Shown here: positions 12,777-24,720 of the stretch, one piece after another
How the letters are laid out: every line of letters begins with the position of its first letter
Numbering within the stretch: position 1 is the stretch's first letter
Assembly (NCBI RefSeq): GCF_006345805.1
Contig: NC_043000.1
Span: forward strand, 141,918,001-141,982,000
Direction: 5' to 3'
Source of the DNA: Octopus sinensis
Taxonomy: Eukaryota
Length of the DNA stretch: 64,000 nt
Notes under the pieces: model-generated
Told to the model about the DNA's origin: nothing
Databases searched by the model: none
The model's input: the letters and a program-made list of their open reading frames with translations, nothing else
Program-made: the position numbers and the translations under genes

Positions 12777-15700
12777 TTTATTTTTATAGCGTGCTTTCAC
12801 TTCACAACCGAGCACAGCTCTGTGTGCCTTGGGTATGTGCTGTGATTTGTTGTGATGCTCTGATGGTTATTGTATGGAAAGTGTTCTGCGTAGGATGTGT
12901 GCAGTGCCTAGTAGTGCAATTTTCTGTATGTTATATGTGTTTGTAAGTCCTGGTGTTTTTGTTATGTATTTGTCTGAATATTTTTTTATCATGCCTAATG
13001 CACCTACTATGATAGGAATTGTTTCTGTTTTCAGGTTCCACATTCTAGTTACCTCTATTTCCAGGTCTTTGTATTTTGAGAGTTTCTCCATTTCTTTTAG
13101 AGACACGTTGTCATCTGCCGGTATTGATACATCAATTAGAAAGCATTTTTTTTCTTCATGATCTCTGACAACTATATCTGGTCTGTTGGCCTTAATTTCT
13201 CTATCTGTGTGTATCGGCATATCCCAGAGTATGGTTGCTTTCTCGTTTTCCGTGACCTTTTCTGGTGTGTGCCTATACCATCTTTTTTCTGTTGTTATTC
13301 CATAATGTTGGCATAGCTCCAATGTATGTAGGTTCCAACTCTGTCATGTCTGTGAATATATTCCTTCTTAGCCAGGACTGGGCAGCTAGAGATAATATGA
13401 TTTATTGTTTCTTGTCCATCTCCACACATTCTGCAGTTACTTGTAATATTTCTTTTCATTACATTTTTTGGTAATTTCTGGTGGGGAGGCTTTGGTCTTG
13501 TGCTGCAATTAAAAATCCCTCTGTTTCTGCTTTGAGTCCTGAGCTTCTCAACCATTGCTGGGATTTTTCTTTGTCTATTTCTTTTGCGTTTAGTTTAGTG
13601 CAGTATTTACCATGAGGGGGCTTTTCTTGCCATCGTTTTATCATGGCTCGTTGCTGTTCTATTTTTAGTTTGGATTTCATTTGTTTTATAGCTTTTGTTT
13701 TTCTTCATCATCTTCTTCTTCTTCTTTGTGTTTATTAGGTGGTATGATTTCTTGTTTGTATTTGTCAGCTTCCTTAAATACTGAGAACAGTTTCTTTGTT
13801 TTGCTCGTGTTTTGCTGCTATCTGGATCAGTTTTCCTTCCTTCTGAAGTAGGTATTTTTGCAGTCCTATGGTGGTTATTTTATAGTAGTTTTCCAGCTGT
13901 ATAAGGCCTCTACCACCTTCTATACGTTGTATATATAGTCTTTCTATGTCAGATTTTGGGGATGCATCCTAGATCCTGTCATTATTTTTCTTTTTTTCCT
14001 ATCTATTTTGGACAGTTCATTTCGTGTCCAGTTAAGGATATTGTAGCTGTAACTTATAACTGGGACAGCTAAAGTGTTGATACCTATTATCTTGTTTTTA
14101 GCATTGAGCTCTGTTTTAGTATTGATCTAACTCGTCTATAATATTCTTTTTTTATTTTCTCTTTCATTTGTGTGTGTTGTGTCTTATCTAGTTCATGGAT
14201 TCCTAAGTATTTGTAAGTTTGGCTTTGGTCTAATTCTTTTATTTCATTGGTTTTATCTAGTGTGATGTTGTTACTCTTAACTAGTTTTCCTCTTTTCATG
14301 GTTACTTGGCGCATTTTTCTAATCCAAATTTCATATCTATTTCTTTGGTAAATCCATGAACTGTCTTTAATAGTGTTTCCAGCTGTTTGTCATTTGCAGC
14401 GTATAGTTTTAGGTCATCCATATATAAAGGTGCTGATCGTTTTGCCGTAACATTTATATCCGCATCCAGTTCTATTTAGCATATCAGATAGAGGTGACAG
14501 TGCCAAGCAGAAAAGGAGTGGAGAGAGTGTGTCTCCCTGGATTTCCTCTTCTAATGGGGATGTCTTTGGTTTTCATGAGTCCCTCTTTTGTTTGGAGGTG
14601 TAGGACTGTTTGCCATTTATTCATAGAGTGCTCTATGAATTTTATGATTGTTGGTGCTATTTGTTAATGGCTAGTGTTTCGAGGATCCATGTGTGGGGAT
14701 GCTATCAAACGCCTTTTTGTAGTCAATCCAGGCCATACTGAGGCCTTTCTTCTTTCTGTGGCTGTCTTCAGTTACGGCTTTATTAATCATTAGTTGATCT
14801 TTACAGCTATATGAGCCCTTGCGGCATCCTTTCTGCTCTTCTGGGAACAGTTTGTTTTCGTCCAGGTGCTTGTTCAGCCTTTGCGATATCACTGCAGTAA
14901 ATGCCTTGAACGTAGTAGGGAGGCAGGTTATTGGTCTGTAGTTTTCTGGTTTTGTTGTTTCATTTGATTTGGGAATTAAGATGATTTTCCCCCCTTCGTG
15001 AGCCATTCAGGCATTGTCTCTGGCTCTGCTAGTATGCTGTTAAAGTTTTCAGCCAGCTTTTTGTGCATTCCTGTTAGATATTTCAACCAGAAGTTGGGGA
15101 TCTTGTCATGCCCAGGTGCCTTCCAGTTGCTTAGTTTTTGCAGTGCCTGGGTGACCTCTTCAGTTGTTATGGGGGTCCAAAGTTGTTCAGATGCCGAGTT
15201 TGTTATTTTTATACTCCTTTTTTTTGGCTGTTCGTTCGCCGACCATATTTCTTGCCAGAATTCTTCCAATTCTTCTGCCGTTGGTGCTGCAGTGACTTCT
15301 ATTTTATTTTTGCCCAGTTCTTGGTAGAACTTTTTGGGGTCGGAGTTGAACTTTTTGTTCTGTTCAAAGAAGCGTTGGCGTTTCTCGTACCGGCGGATCC
15401 TTTGAGCTTTGGCAAGGATATCTTGCTTCAGCTTTTCTTTTATCTCCGGCAAATCTTTTTCTGTGATGTTTATTTTGCGGAGCATTTTTGTTCTCTTTTT
15501 GTTGCTCAGTAGCGTTGCTTGTTTGCTGATTTCATTAAGAATCGACAGGTCTTTTCTAATTTTTTTTATTTTGTTTTGGATGTTATTTATCCACAGGGTT
15601 TGTTTGGGTGGTGGTACTCCTGTTTGGGCGGGTTTGGGTGAGTATCCAGCTTCTTTTGTGGCTGCAGTGGCTGCTGCGTATATCAAGTCATTTAGTTCAG

Positions 15701-17006
15701 TGATATCACTTTTTTTTGTTTCAGTGGCTAGTTCAGTGACGGCTAGGTTTATGTTGTTTATAATTGGTGTTGTTATTGCGTTTATTTTTATTCTTGGGAG
15801 GTATGGTCGGTGGCCCATTTTGAGCTCTGTGGTTTTTAGTTCTTTGATTATTTTATTTTTTATATTATCATAATCATTAGGCTCCCCTTCGTTGTTTACA
15901 TCGTGTTTGTTGGGAATGTTGCGTTTGTCTTCGTGTTTTACAGTTTCAGTGTTTATATTATTGGGCATTGTTGTGTGGCTTCTATCTACATTTTCCTGGT
16001 GTATTTTTTCTTGTAAATGTTCTATTTCTATTTCTGATATTTTTTTGGCTTTGAGAATGTATCTTCGTACGTTAGCTAATTTATTAGGGTTCATTGCTGT
16101 ATCCAAGTCTATATCTCTATTATTTTCCTTCCATATTTTATATGTATGTGTTGTTGTATTTTCATTTTGGTGTAGAGCATTGCTGTGAAGTATGCGTGTA
16201 AGATAGAAATGTATTCCTCACGTGTCCATTTACGTCTTTTGGGTTTTAATTGCGGGACATGAGGTACAACGTCCGGCCCATTATTTTGACGGTCGTCATT
16301 TTCGTAGGGTACCGGTCCGTTTATTTCTGTTGTCACATTATTTCGCACGTGTAGTTTTTCGTACATTTTTTGTTGTAGGTTTAATGTACGTACCGCTCGA
16401 TTGTTATTCTTGGGTTGAATAGTATCGGTGGCATTTAATTCTTCGTAGTTCCTTTGTACATGGTGTTTGAGGTCGGGGATGATCGTGTTGTTCCACGCAT
16501 GTTTACATGTGTTGTGTTAGAGATGGAGATAATATCGAGTCAAAATACATCATTTCGTTTCGAAAATAGTAATAAATTTCAATTTGTATTACTTACTCGG
16601 ATATAGTCCAATTCTTTGTTAGTAAATCTTTGGCTCCATAGGGTGTCCTTGTTTTCGATGTTTGTGGATAGATTTCGGAGCTCTGTATTTTCCTTCTTAC
16701 ATCTTAAACGTCCCCGGTGTCTTCTTAATTTCTTCGTAGTTCCTTTGTACATGGTGTTTGAGGTCGGGGATGATCGTGTTGTTCCACGCATGTTTACATG
16801 TGTTGTGTTAGAGGTGGAGATAATATCGAGTCAAAATACATCATTTCGTTTCGAAAATAGTAATACATTTCAATTTGTATTACTTACTCGGATATAGTCC
16901 AATTCTTTGTTAGTAAATCTTTGGCTCCATAGGGTGTCCTTGTTTTCGATGTTTGTGGATAGATTTCGGAGCTCTGTATTTTCCTTCTTACATCTTAAAC
17001 GTCCCC

Positions 17007-17007
<1 letters not shown>
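12777..17007 (-). mobile_element. Near-full-length R4/Dong-type non-LTR retrotransposon (RT + CCHC + RLE)
   Basis: One long frameshifted ORF from about 16366 to 12867. It contains N-terminal RRKWT and NKLANVRRYILK, RT motifs (NYRPITCL, EEQKGCRKG, WIDYKKAFDSI, GxxQGDTLSP, LYMDDLKLY, YKYLG), CRMC..ETINHIISSC, RHDRV, RPDIVV..FLIDV (RLE), and C-terminal LLGTAHILRRTLS. Both ends abut (TAA)n. Confidence 0.93.
16436..17007 (-). repeat. 291-bp-period tandem duplication of the LINE 5' end
   Basis: 16717-17007 and about 16436-16716 both start CGGGGACG on the minus strand. I found only 2 substitutions over about 276 bp. Confidence 0.95.
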
Positions 17008-17077
<70 letters not shown>

Positions 17078-17079
17078 CT

Positions 17080-17143
<64 letters not shown>

Positions 17144-17371
17144 CGTAAAGCTCATCGTAGTAACATTGAATATGTTAATAACGATAATACAATTAACAAG
17201 AGCATCGACACTACTGCTACCACTACTACTACTACCAACACCACAACTACTACTACTAATAATGATAATGATGATATTAATAATTATAATAATCATAATA
17301 ATAATATTAATAATAGTAGTAGTAGTAGTAGTAATAATAATAATAATTATAATTATTATTATTATTATTAC

Positions 17372-17443
<72 letters not shown>

Positions 17444-17452
17444 TTTTTTTTC
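17008..17452. repeat. Compound (ATT)n/(ACT)n/(AAT)n/(AGT)n array
   Basis: Directly visible. It forms the 5' flank of the LINE. Confidence 0.95.
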
Positions 17453-17454
17453 TT

Positions 17455-17669
17455 CTTTCAAATTTGCTTCCATTTCTTGCCGAGTGTCTTCCCGACTCCT
17501 AGGGCAAAGGAACTCATAGTATACATTGGAAGGCCATTAAACCAAACTCAGTAGTCGTTCATTTTTTTTTTTAAGTTAAATTAAAATACATGAGCAGCAA
17601 CAGTTCTCACATCGACAATGCTCTTCTCAATACGTGTGATCATCGACAATGCCCTTCTCAATACGTGTG

Positions 17670-17671
<2 letters not shown>
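17455..17671 (-). mobile_element. Probable 3'-end fragment of a second R4/Dong-type family with a (TAA)n tail
   Basis: Minus strand CCCTAGG-N13-CTCGG parallels CCCAAGG-N14-CTCGG in the 3' UTR of the main element, and an A-rich spacer plus a long (TAA)n follow. It is also preceded by (TAA)n. Confidence 0.4.
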
Positions 17672-17721
<50 letters not shown>

Positions 17722-18839
17722 TTATTATTATTATTATTATTATCATAGTCTCTAGCTTCTTTGTAATTTGGAAATAATAATCTCAATACTGATATTAAGG
17801 AAATCACAGAAGTTTTGGAAGCTTATCCCTCAGCTATGGTCCTTTTCCACCGCATAAAGAAAAAAAAGAAAGGAAAAGAAAAAAATATGAAACGAAAAAA
17901 AAAAGCCTGTTAGAAAACAATCCTTCTTCAATGGAATCGAACAATAAGAACAATGGCAGAGTAATCCTTGAGTAGGTCATAAGTTCTTCATTTCTGTTAA
18001 TGAAAAATCCTGCAAGCTTATTTCTTTGATATTGCAAAAAAGAAAAGGAAATTAACGAAGACCTCATTTGTTTCACATGAACGTCAATACAATTGAATGT
18101 TAATAGTATAATGCAACACTTTCAAAACATTTTTCTGGATCTTTTATGTCTGTTTTTATTGATTGAAGAATAGGGGAGCAGTTGTATATTTTGCGGTGAG
18201 AACTTTTTTACTCTTCATTCCAATACATAACTTCAATATTTTGTCGTTTCATGAATCAACACTATCATTAAATTATCGTGCGCTTTGTCGTGTGTAGGCG
18301 TACGTGTAAATGTGCGCCAATATATTCATATGCATATGCATATGTGTGTGTGTGTGCGGGGGTCGATGAAAGAGAGTGTGTGAGAGGGAGAAACAGAGAA
18401 AGGAAAGGAACTGAATAAAAATGTTATGTAGAAGAGATATTCACACGTGCGCATATATATTTATACAGTGATATTTATACACAGACATATGTACAAGGAT
18501 CAATGTAGAAAAAATACATGCATAGAACTCTCTCTCTCTCTCTGTCGCTATATATATATCTTCCAACAAAACCTCTTTTCGGCGCAACACCAGCGCATAC
18601 ACAAATACACACAGACACACACACACACAGTGGACAAATATAAGCAAAGGATTGTTCCGTATGAAAAACTCGAAGTAGCATGTAATATATTCTTTTTGTT
18701 TTCCCTAAATCTATAACACAATTGTTATGTGAAAATGTGTTTTATATCTTCATTTTATTTTATGTATGAAATACATCGAATGAAGCTATTTACCGCTTAC
18801 GTTCAAAAGTAAAAACCGTGCAATTTAAACTAAAGCATG

Positions 18840-19250
<411 letters not shown>

Positions 19251-19251
19251 T

Positions 19252-19435
19252 GGCGGTGAGCTGGCAGAATCGTTAGCGTGTCTGGCGAAATAATGTCGTT
19301 ACGTTCTGAGTTCAAATTCCGTCGAGGAATGGATTAAATAAGTACCGGTTACGCACTGGTATCGATGTATTCGACTTAATCCGTTTGTCTGTCATTGTTT
19401 GTTCCCTTTATGTATAGCCCCCTGTGGGCAATAAA

Positions 19436-19440
<5 letters not shown>
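19252..19440 (+). mobile_element. Family C SINE, internally deleted
   Basis: GGCGGTGAGCTGGCAGAATCGTTAGC...GAGTTCAAATTCC...CCCCTGTGGGCAATAAAGAA, matching the 22446 copy with gaps. Confidence 0.85.
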
Positions 19441-19486
<46 letters not shown>

Positions 19487-19540
19487 AATATATATATATG
19501 CATCTGTATATATATATATGTATATATATATACATATGCA

Positions 19541-19903
19541 AACATGGCTGTGGGATAAGAAGCTTGCTTCCCAATCACATAGTTCTGGGTTCAGTCCTAC
19601 TACGTGGCAATTTGGGCAACTGTCTTCTACTATAACATCGGGCTGACCAATGCGTAGTGAGTAAAAGAAGCCGGTCGTATATGTGTGTGTGTGTTTGTGT
19701 GTGTGTCCGTGTCTGTGTTTGTCTTTCCACCATCGCTTGACCGATTTTGGCAGGATTACGTCCATGTAACCTAGCGGTTCGGCAAACGAGTCTGATAGAG
19801 TAAGTACTAGGTTTACGAAGAATAAGCCTTGGTGACGATTTGTTCGAGTAAAGACGGTGTTCCAGCATGGCCGCAGTGAAATGAGTGAAAAAGAGTAAAA
19901 GAA
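19541..19903 (+). mobile_element. tRNA-derived SINE family A (diverged)
   Basis: Colinear with the 10307 copy along its length. Confidence 0.88.
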
Positions 19904-19909
19904 TGTTAC

Positions 19910-19944
<35 letters not shown>

Positions 19945-19998
19945 ATCTATCTATCTATCTATATATATATATATATATATATTATCGCAATTTGACTT

Positions 19999-20045
<47 letters not shown>

Positions 20046-20053
20046 ATATATAT

Positions 20054-20106
<53 letters not shown>

Positions 20107-20119
20107 ATATATATATATG

Positions 20120-20156
<37 letters not shown>

Positions 20157-20299
20157 ATATATATATGACTTCCATGTAGTTTTCAAACTAGTTTCCCAGT
20201 ATTTTTTATACCAACACGCGCACAGGCATGCACACATACATACATGTATGTACTCACATAAACACACTAACACACACATTTACACACTCACAAACATAT

Positions 20300-20397
<98 letters not shown>

Positions 20398-20856
20398 TGT
20401 GTGTGTGCTCGGATTATTCAGGTGCGAGAAGCAAGCAAGTCCATTGCGACAGGGCTTTGATGAATAAAAGGTTTCAATACGGATATATGGGTATATATGT
20501 GAATTGATAAGGAACTTCAGGTATTTTGTAAGGCGTTTCCTACCGATACATAAATATATCAAATCCTTCTTTATTACTAAATTTAAGGTTAAATATTCCA
20601 CTCTGGAACATATTCTAGAATGACAAACATAAGCTGTAATGTGCATTATCACCTCTAGATTTAATTAGAAATCCTTTTGAATTTGAATTTAAGTAGTACC
20701 AGAAATAAGAAGTCAACGGTAATGCTAAAACTAAATCCTTGCAATTATACCGCATTCTTATCATTCAAGTACCTACTTTTGGATGGTTTCGAAACGGCGG
20801 ATTACTCTTAGCGGTGTTTCCGATCGAAAACCGACTGAGTTACTGTATTTTTTAAA

Positions 20857-21090
20857 TCTTTTACTTGTTTCAGTCATTTGACTGCAGCCATGCTAGGGCA
20901 TCGCCTTGAGGGTTTTAATCATGTAAATCGCCCCCAGAATTTGTCCTTTTACACCTATTAGGGGAATTGATTTCTTTTGCCGATCCCCTAAGTTACGGCG
21001 ACGTGAAAACATTAACACCGGGTGTCAAGCGGTAGTGGTGGGCAATCGTAGACAGAAAGTCACACACGCGCATGCAGACACACACAGACG
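20857..21090 (-). mobile_element. Family A-like SINE, 3' half
   Basis: TTTTACTTGTTTCAGTCATTTGACTGCAGCCATGCT, followed by diverged body sequence. Confidence 0.75.
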
Positions 21091-21539
21091 TCTTTTAAAT
21101 TTGTTTATGGGAAACGTTTTGAATATGCAAATAAAGCTCTTAGTCTATTATGCCGGCCACTTTCTAATGATGCTGACTAGTGAATCAGTTTTTTGGGGGT
21201 AGCATCTGCTGAATGAATAGCAAACTAAGTCTACCACCACCACTACACACACACCTCTAACTCCATATAATTACTATTCATTTCTCTGTTTCTACCACTT
21301 CTCCTCTCCCACCAAATACACGCAGAAATCCACACATGACTCGCTTAAACTTCATACCTATATACTGGGATAAAATATCTCCGTTCTACATCCCTTAATG
21401 TGATATTGCCTGAAGAAATGAATCCGTGAAGATGATCAATCCGATACCCACGGATACTACGGACTGCACCATGATAATCTCAGGAATACGAAATGTCATC
21501 TTAAGAGACATTTTTTCGTAACACAGTGTAGGTAAAAAT

Positions 21540-23075
21540 GCACCGGAGACTTTAGTCATCTGTCAAGTCTCAACAAGGGACTCAGACAGATAATACTTTC
21601 CTTAAGGTGTGCGCTGTACCTAATAAGGCTGCTTTTTGCAAGACAGGAATCTTGCACGTGATTTTCAGTTGTCTTAAGAAGTCCTAAAGTTTCAATGTGA
21701 CTGAACCTAACGTTCTGATCACCTCTGGTATCACTTTTAAATTACTCGCTCGCATTCCACACAATCTTGCGATTTCCACTTTCACTTCGGAATACTTGGT
21801 GAGTTTTTGAACCTCTTTACAACATTCATGTCATTTGGTACGACTACATCACTGATCTGACAATATTTGTTTCTCATTTCCAATAGGACAATATCCGGCC
21901 GACGGTGCTCGACTACACGATCCGTCTGAAAATCATCGTCCCAGAGTATCGTTACTTTTCCATCCTCCAGCATAACCTCACTTGATACATGCTCATACCT
22001 GTTATCTCTAAGTTCATATTGTTATTTAATGCATAAGAGCCAAGGAAGATACACAAGCACTTTATCGTAGTGGCGCTTGTATTCATTCTGTGCAAGGCTC
22101 TCACATCCACTTACCAAGTGGATCACGTTTTTCACACTCTTTTCACACAGTCTGCATTTCTGGGTGTCAGAAGTTTTATAGCTGTTATACTTCACTGAAT
22201 TGGTAGCCACAGCCTGGTCTTGTGCAGCAATGATCAGGTTTTCGTTGGTGCGCTTCAAATCACATGGCTCAAGCCATGCCCACGATGCTGGATTATCCTT
22301 AACGCCCTGTGTATTCCTTTCCAACTGTCCACGCATTTTCATTTCAAGAAGTTCTCCTTTTCTCTTCTCTTCAGCTCTTTGATTAAACCTTCCCCATCAT
22401 TTCATCTGCCTTTACATCCATATCTTTCGCGGTATATTGCAGCAGAAAGGCGGTGAGCTGGCAGAAACGTTAGCACGCCGGGCGAAATGCTTAGCGGTAT
22501 TTCGTCTGCCGTTACGTTGTGAGTTCAAATTCCGCCGAGGTCGACTTTGCCTTTCATCCTTTCGGGGTCGATAAATTAAGTGCCAGTTGCGTACTGGGGC
22601 CGATGTAATCGACTTAATACCTATGTTTGTCCTTGTTTGTCCCCTCTGTGTTTAGCCCATTGTGGGTAATAAAGAAATAGGTATATTGCAGCAGGTCTTC
22701 ATCACTATTTATCAAATACTCGGCAAGCGTTCTCCTTTAACTCCTTATACAAAGGTCTATACCAGTTAGTCCTCTACCACAATTCTTTCTTTTCATATAC
22801 AGTGTATTTAGGCCTTTGCTTTACAGTGTAGCACCCCTTACAGCGTCTTCTGATGGTAACCGAAATCCTCTGCAGGCTGTTTTGTTCCCTGGTCTCATAT
22901 GAATTACTGAGCATTGGTAATCCCAAATTCCATACTGATGTGCCTACCACACTTTTGGACTGTTTTGTTTAAGGGATTTATCTTTTATACATATTTCTGA
23001 AAGATTTTCTGAAACAATTTCAGTACTCTTTTTCTTTTAAATCCTGGTACTAATTCTATCGAATTTTTTGTCTAA
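21540..23075 (-). mobile_element. 5'-truncated R4/Dong-type LINE of a different subfamily
   Basis: LYMKRKNCGRGL, IAAQDQAVAT, CRLC..VIHLVSGC, RRPDIVLLE..ISDV, LQKAALLGTAHTLRKVLSV*. It is interrupted by a SINE at 22446-22679. Confidence 0.9.
22446..22679 (+). mobile_element. Family C (Meta-domain-like) tRNA-derived SINE with a 15-bp TSD
   Basis: B-box-like GAGTTCAAATTCC and core GCCTTTCATCCTTTCGGGGTCGATAAATTAAGT. Perfect direct repeats GGTATATTGCAGCAG at 22431-22445 and 22680-22694. Confidence 0.95.
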
Positions 23076-23089
23076 CCCCTATATTACAA

Positions 23090-23280
23090 GGACGTAAACA
23101 CACCAACAATGGTTGTCACACATATACACGTAAGATGGGCTTCTTCCAGTTTCCGTCTACCAAATTCACTCACAGGCCTTTGGCCGGCCCGAGACTATAG
23201 CCGAAGGCATTTGCCAAATGTGATACGCAATGGAACTGAACCAGGAACCATGTAGTTGGGAAGAAAACTTATTACCGCTG
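23090..23280 (-). mobile_element. Family A SINE fragment (head and partial body)
   Basis: Diverged match to the reverse complement of the family A head. Confidence 0.75.
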
Positions 23281-24330
23281 TTCACTTTTATTGTTATGTT
23301 AGCCATATCATATGTACGGGCGATATGCTGGAATCGATTTAATCGGCTATAACCATCTCGAAAATTTACTGCCTTCCGTATAGTCTGAAAATCAATATTT
23401 GCCTCTATCCACATTTGATATTTCATTTGTAACACACGACAAATTTCAATAGAGACCAGCGTGTTTCTGACATGATCCTTTTCAGCCACTATATGATTCC
23501 TCAGCAGTAGTTCAATAAAGTGGTTTTTCCTTTTTTAAAGTATATAAAACTAACAAATTAAGGTAACGAAAATATACTGCATAAATCGTTTTGTGTATGA
23601 GTCTTTGCCACTATTCATAAAACGTGTTTATTGGCTGGAATAATTTATTTTTAAACCAAGATCATGAAATTGTTTTAGGTGCAGGAGCAATGCATGTAAA
23701 ATTGATGTAGCATCTCTTGAAAGAGGCTAGCAAGTCAGATGGTTTGCGTATGCTACAAATGGTTTCAATTCTAGCTTTTTTTCTTTTCCTTCCATCTAAA
23801 TCTTGATATTACTTTACAGACATGTTCGATCTGCACAAATAGTAATAATATAGAAATAAATAGGAAGAAAATCAATTTCAACTATATGTAAGCTACAGGT
23901 GGTAGTTCTTTCGACTAGATATAGCCCCTAAATCTTACTGCAATTTCACCCTTACTTAAGAAAGGAATGATAGATGAACAATAAATTTCTAGAAACAATG
24001 TCACATAAGATCACAGAACATTATGGGTTGAACGCCTTTACAAATAAACAGCCTGGCGTTATAATGACAACAATATTCATAATAGAGCATTTATAGAGCC
24101 TTTATGATATTCACAATGCTCATATATGCAAATATTGCTAAACAACAATAACTATTTGCGGAATAACATTATATTTCTTATTCTGAGAGAAGATCAAGGA
24201 AAACAAAAAAACTTGCAGAAAAAATATATTACGATTAAAATAATTAAGTTCTATATTCTATATAAATCAACGCACAGACACTCGTGATGTGTAGCATGTC
24301 TGCGTTATTTTATTATATCTAAATATAAAC

Positions 24331-24720
24331 ACTCTCTTTACTCTCTTTTACTTGTTTCAGTCATTTGACTGCGGCCATGCTGGGGCACCACCTTTAGTCG
24401 AGCAAATCGACCCCGGGACTTATTCTTTGTCAGCCCAGTACTTATTCTATCGGTCTCTTTTTGCCGAACCGCTAAGTTACGGGAACGTAAACACACCAGC
24501 ATCGGTTGTCAAGCAATGCTAGGGGGACAAACACAGACACACAAACACAAACACACATATATATATATATATACATATATACGACAGGCTTCTTTCAGTT
24601 TCCGTCTACCAAGTCCACTCACAAGGCATTGGTCGGCCCGGGGCTATAGCAGAAGACACTTGCCCAAGATGCCACGCAGTGGGACTGAACCCGGAACCAT
24701 GTGGTTGGTTAGCAAGCTAC
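24331..24720 (-). mobile_element. tRNA-derived SINE family A (slightly 5'-truncated)
   Basis: Very similar to the 6963-7380 copy. Confidence 0.92.

Noticed and set aside
16717-17007. HDV-like ribozyme in the LINE 5' end (CGGGGA can pair with a downstream TCCCCG)
   Set aside because: I could not find the P3/L3/P1.1 nested pseudoknot or the catalytic C context. Only a 6-bp pairing is present.
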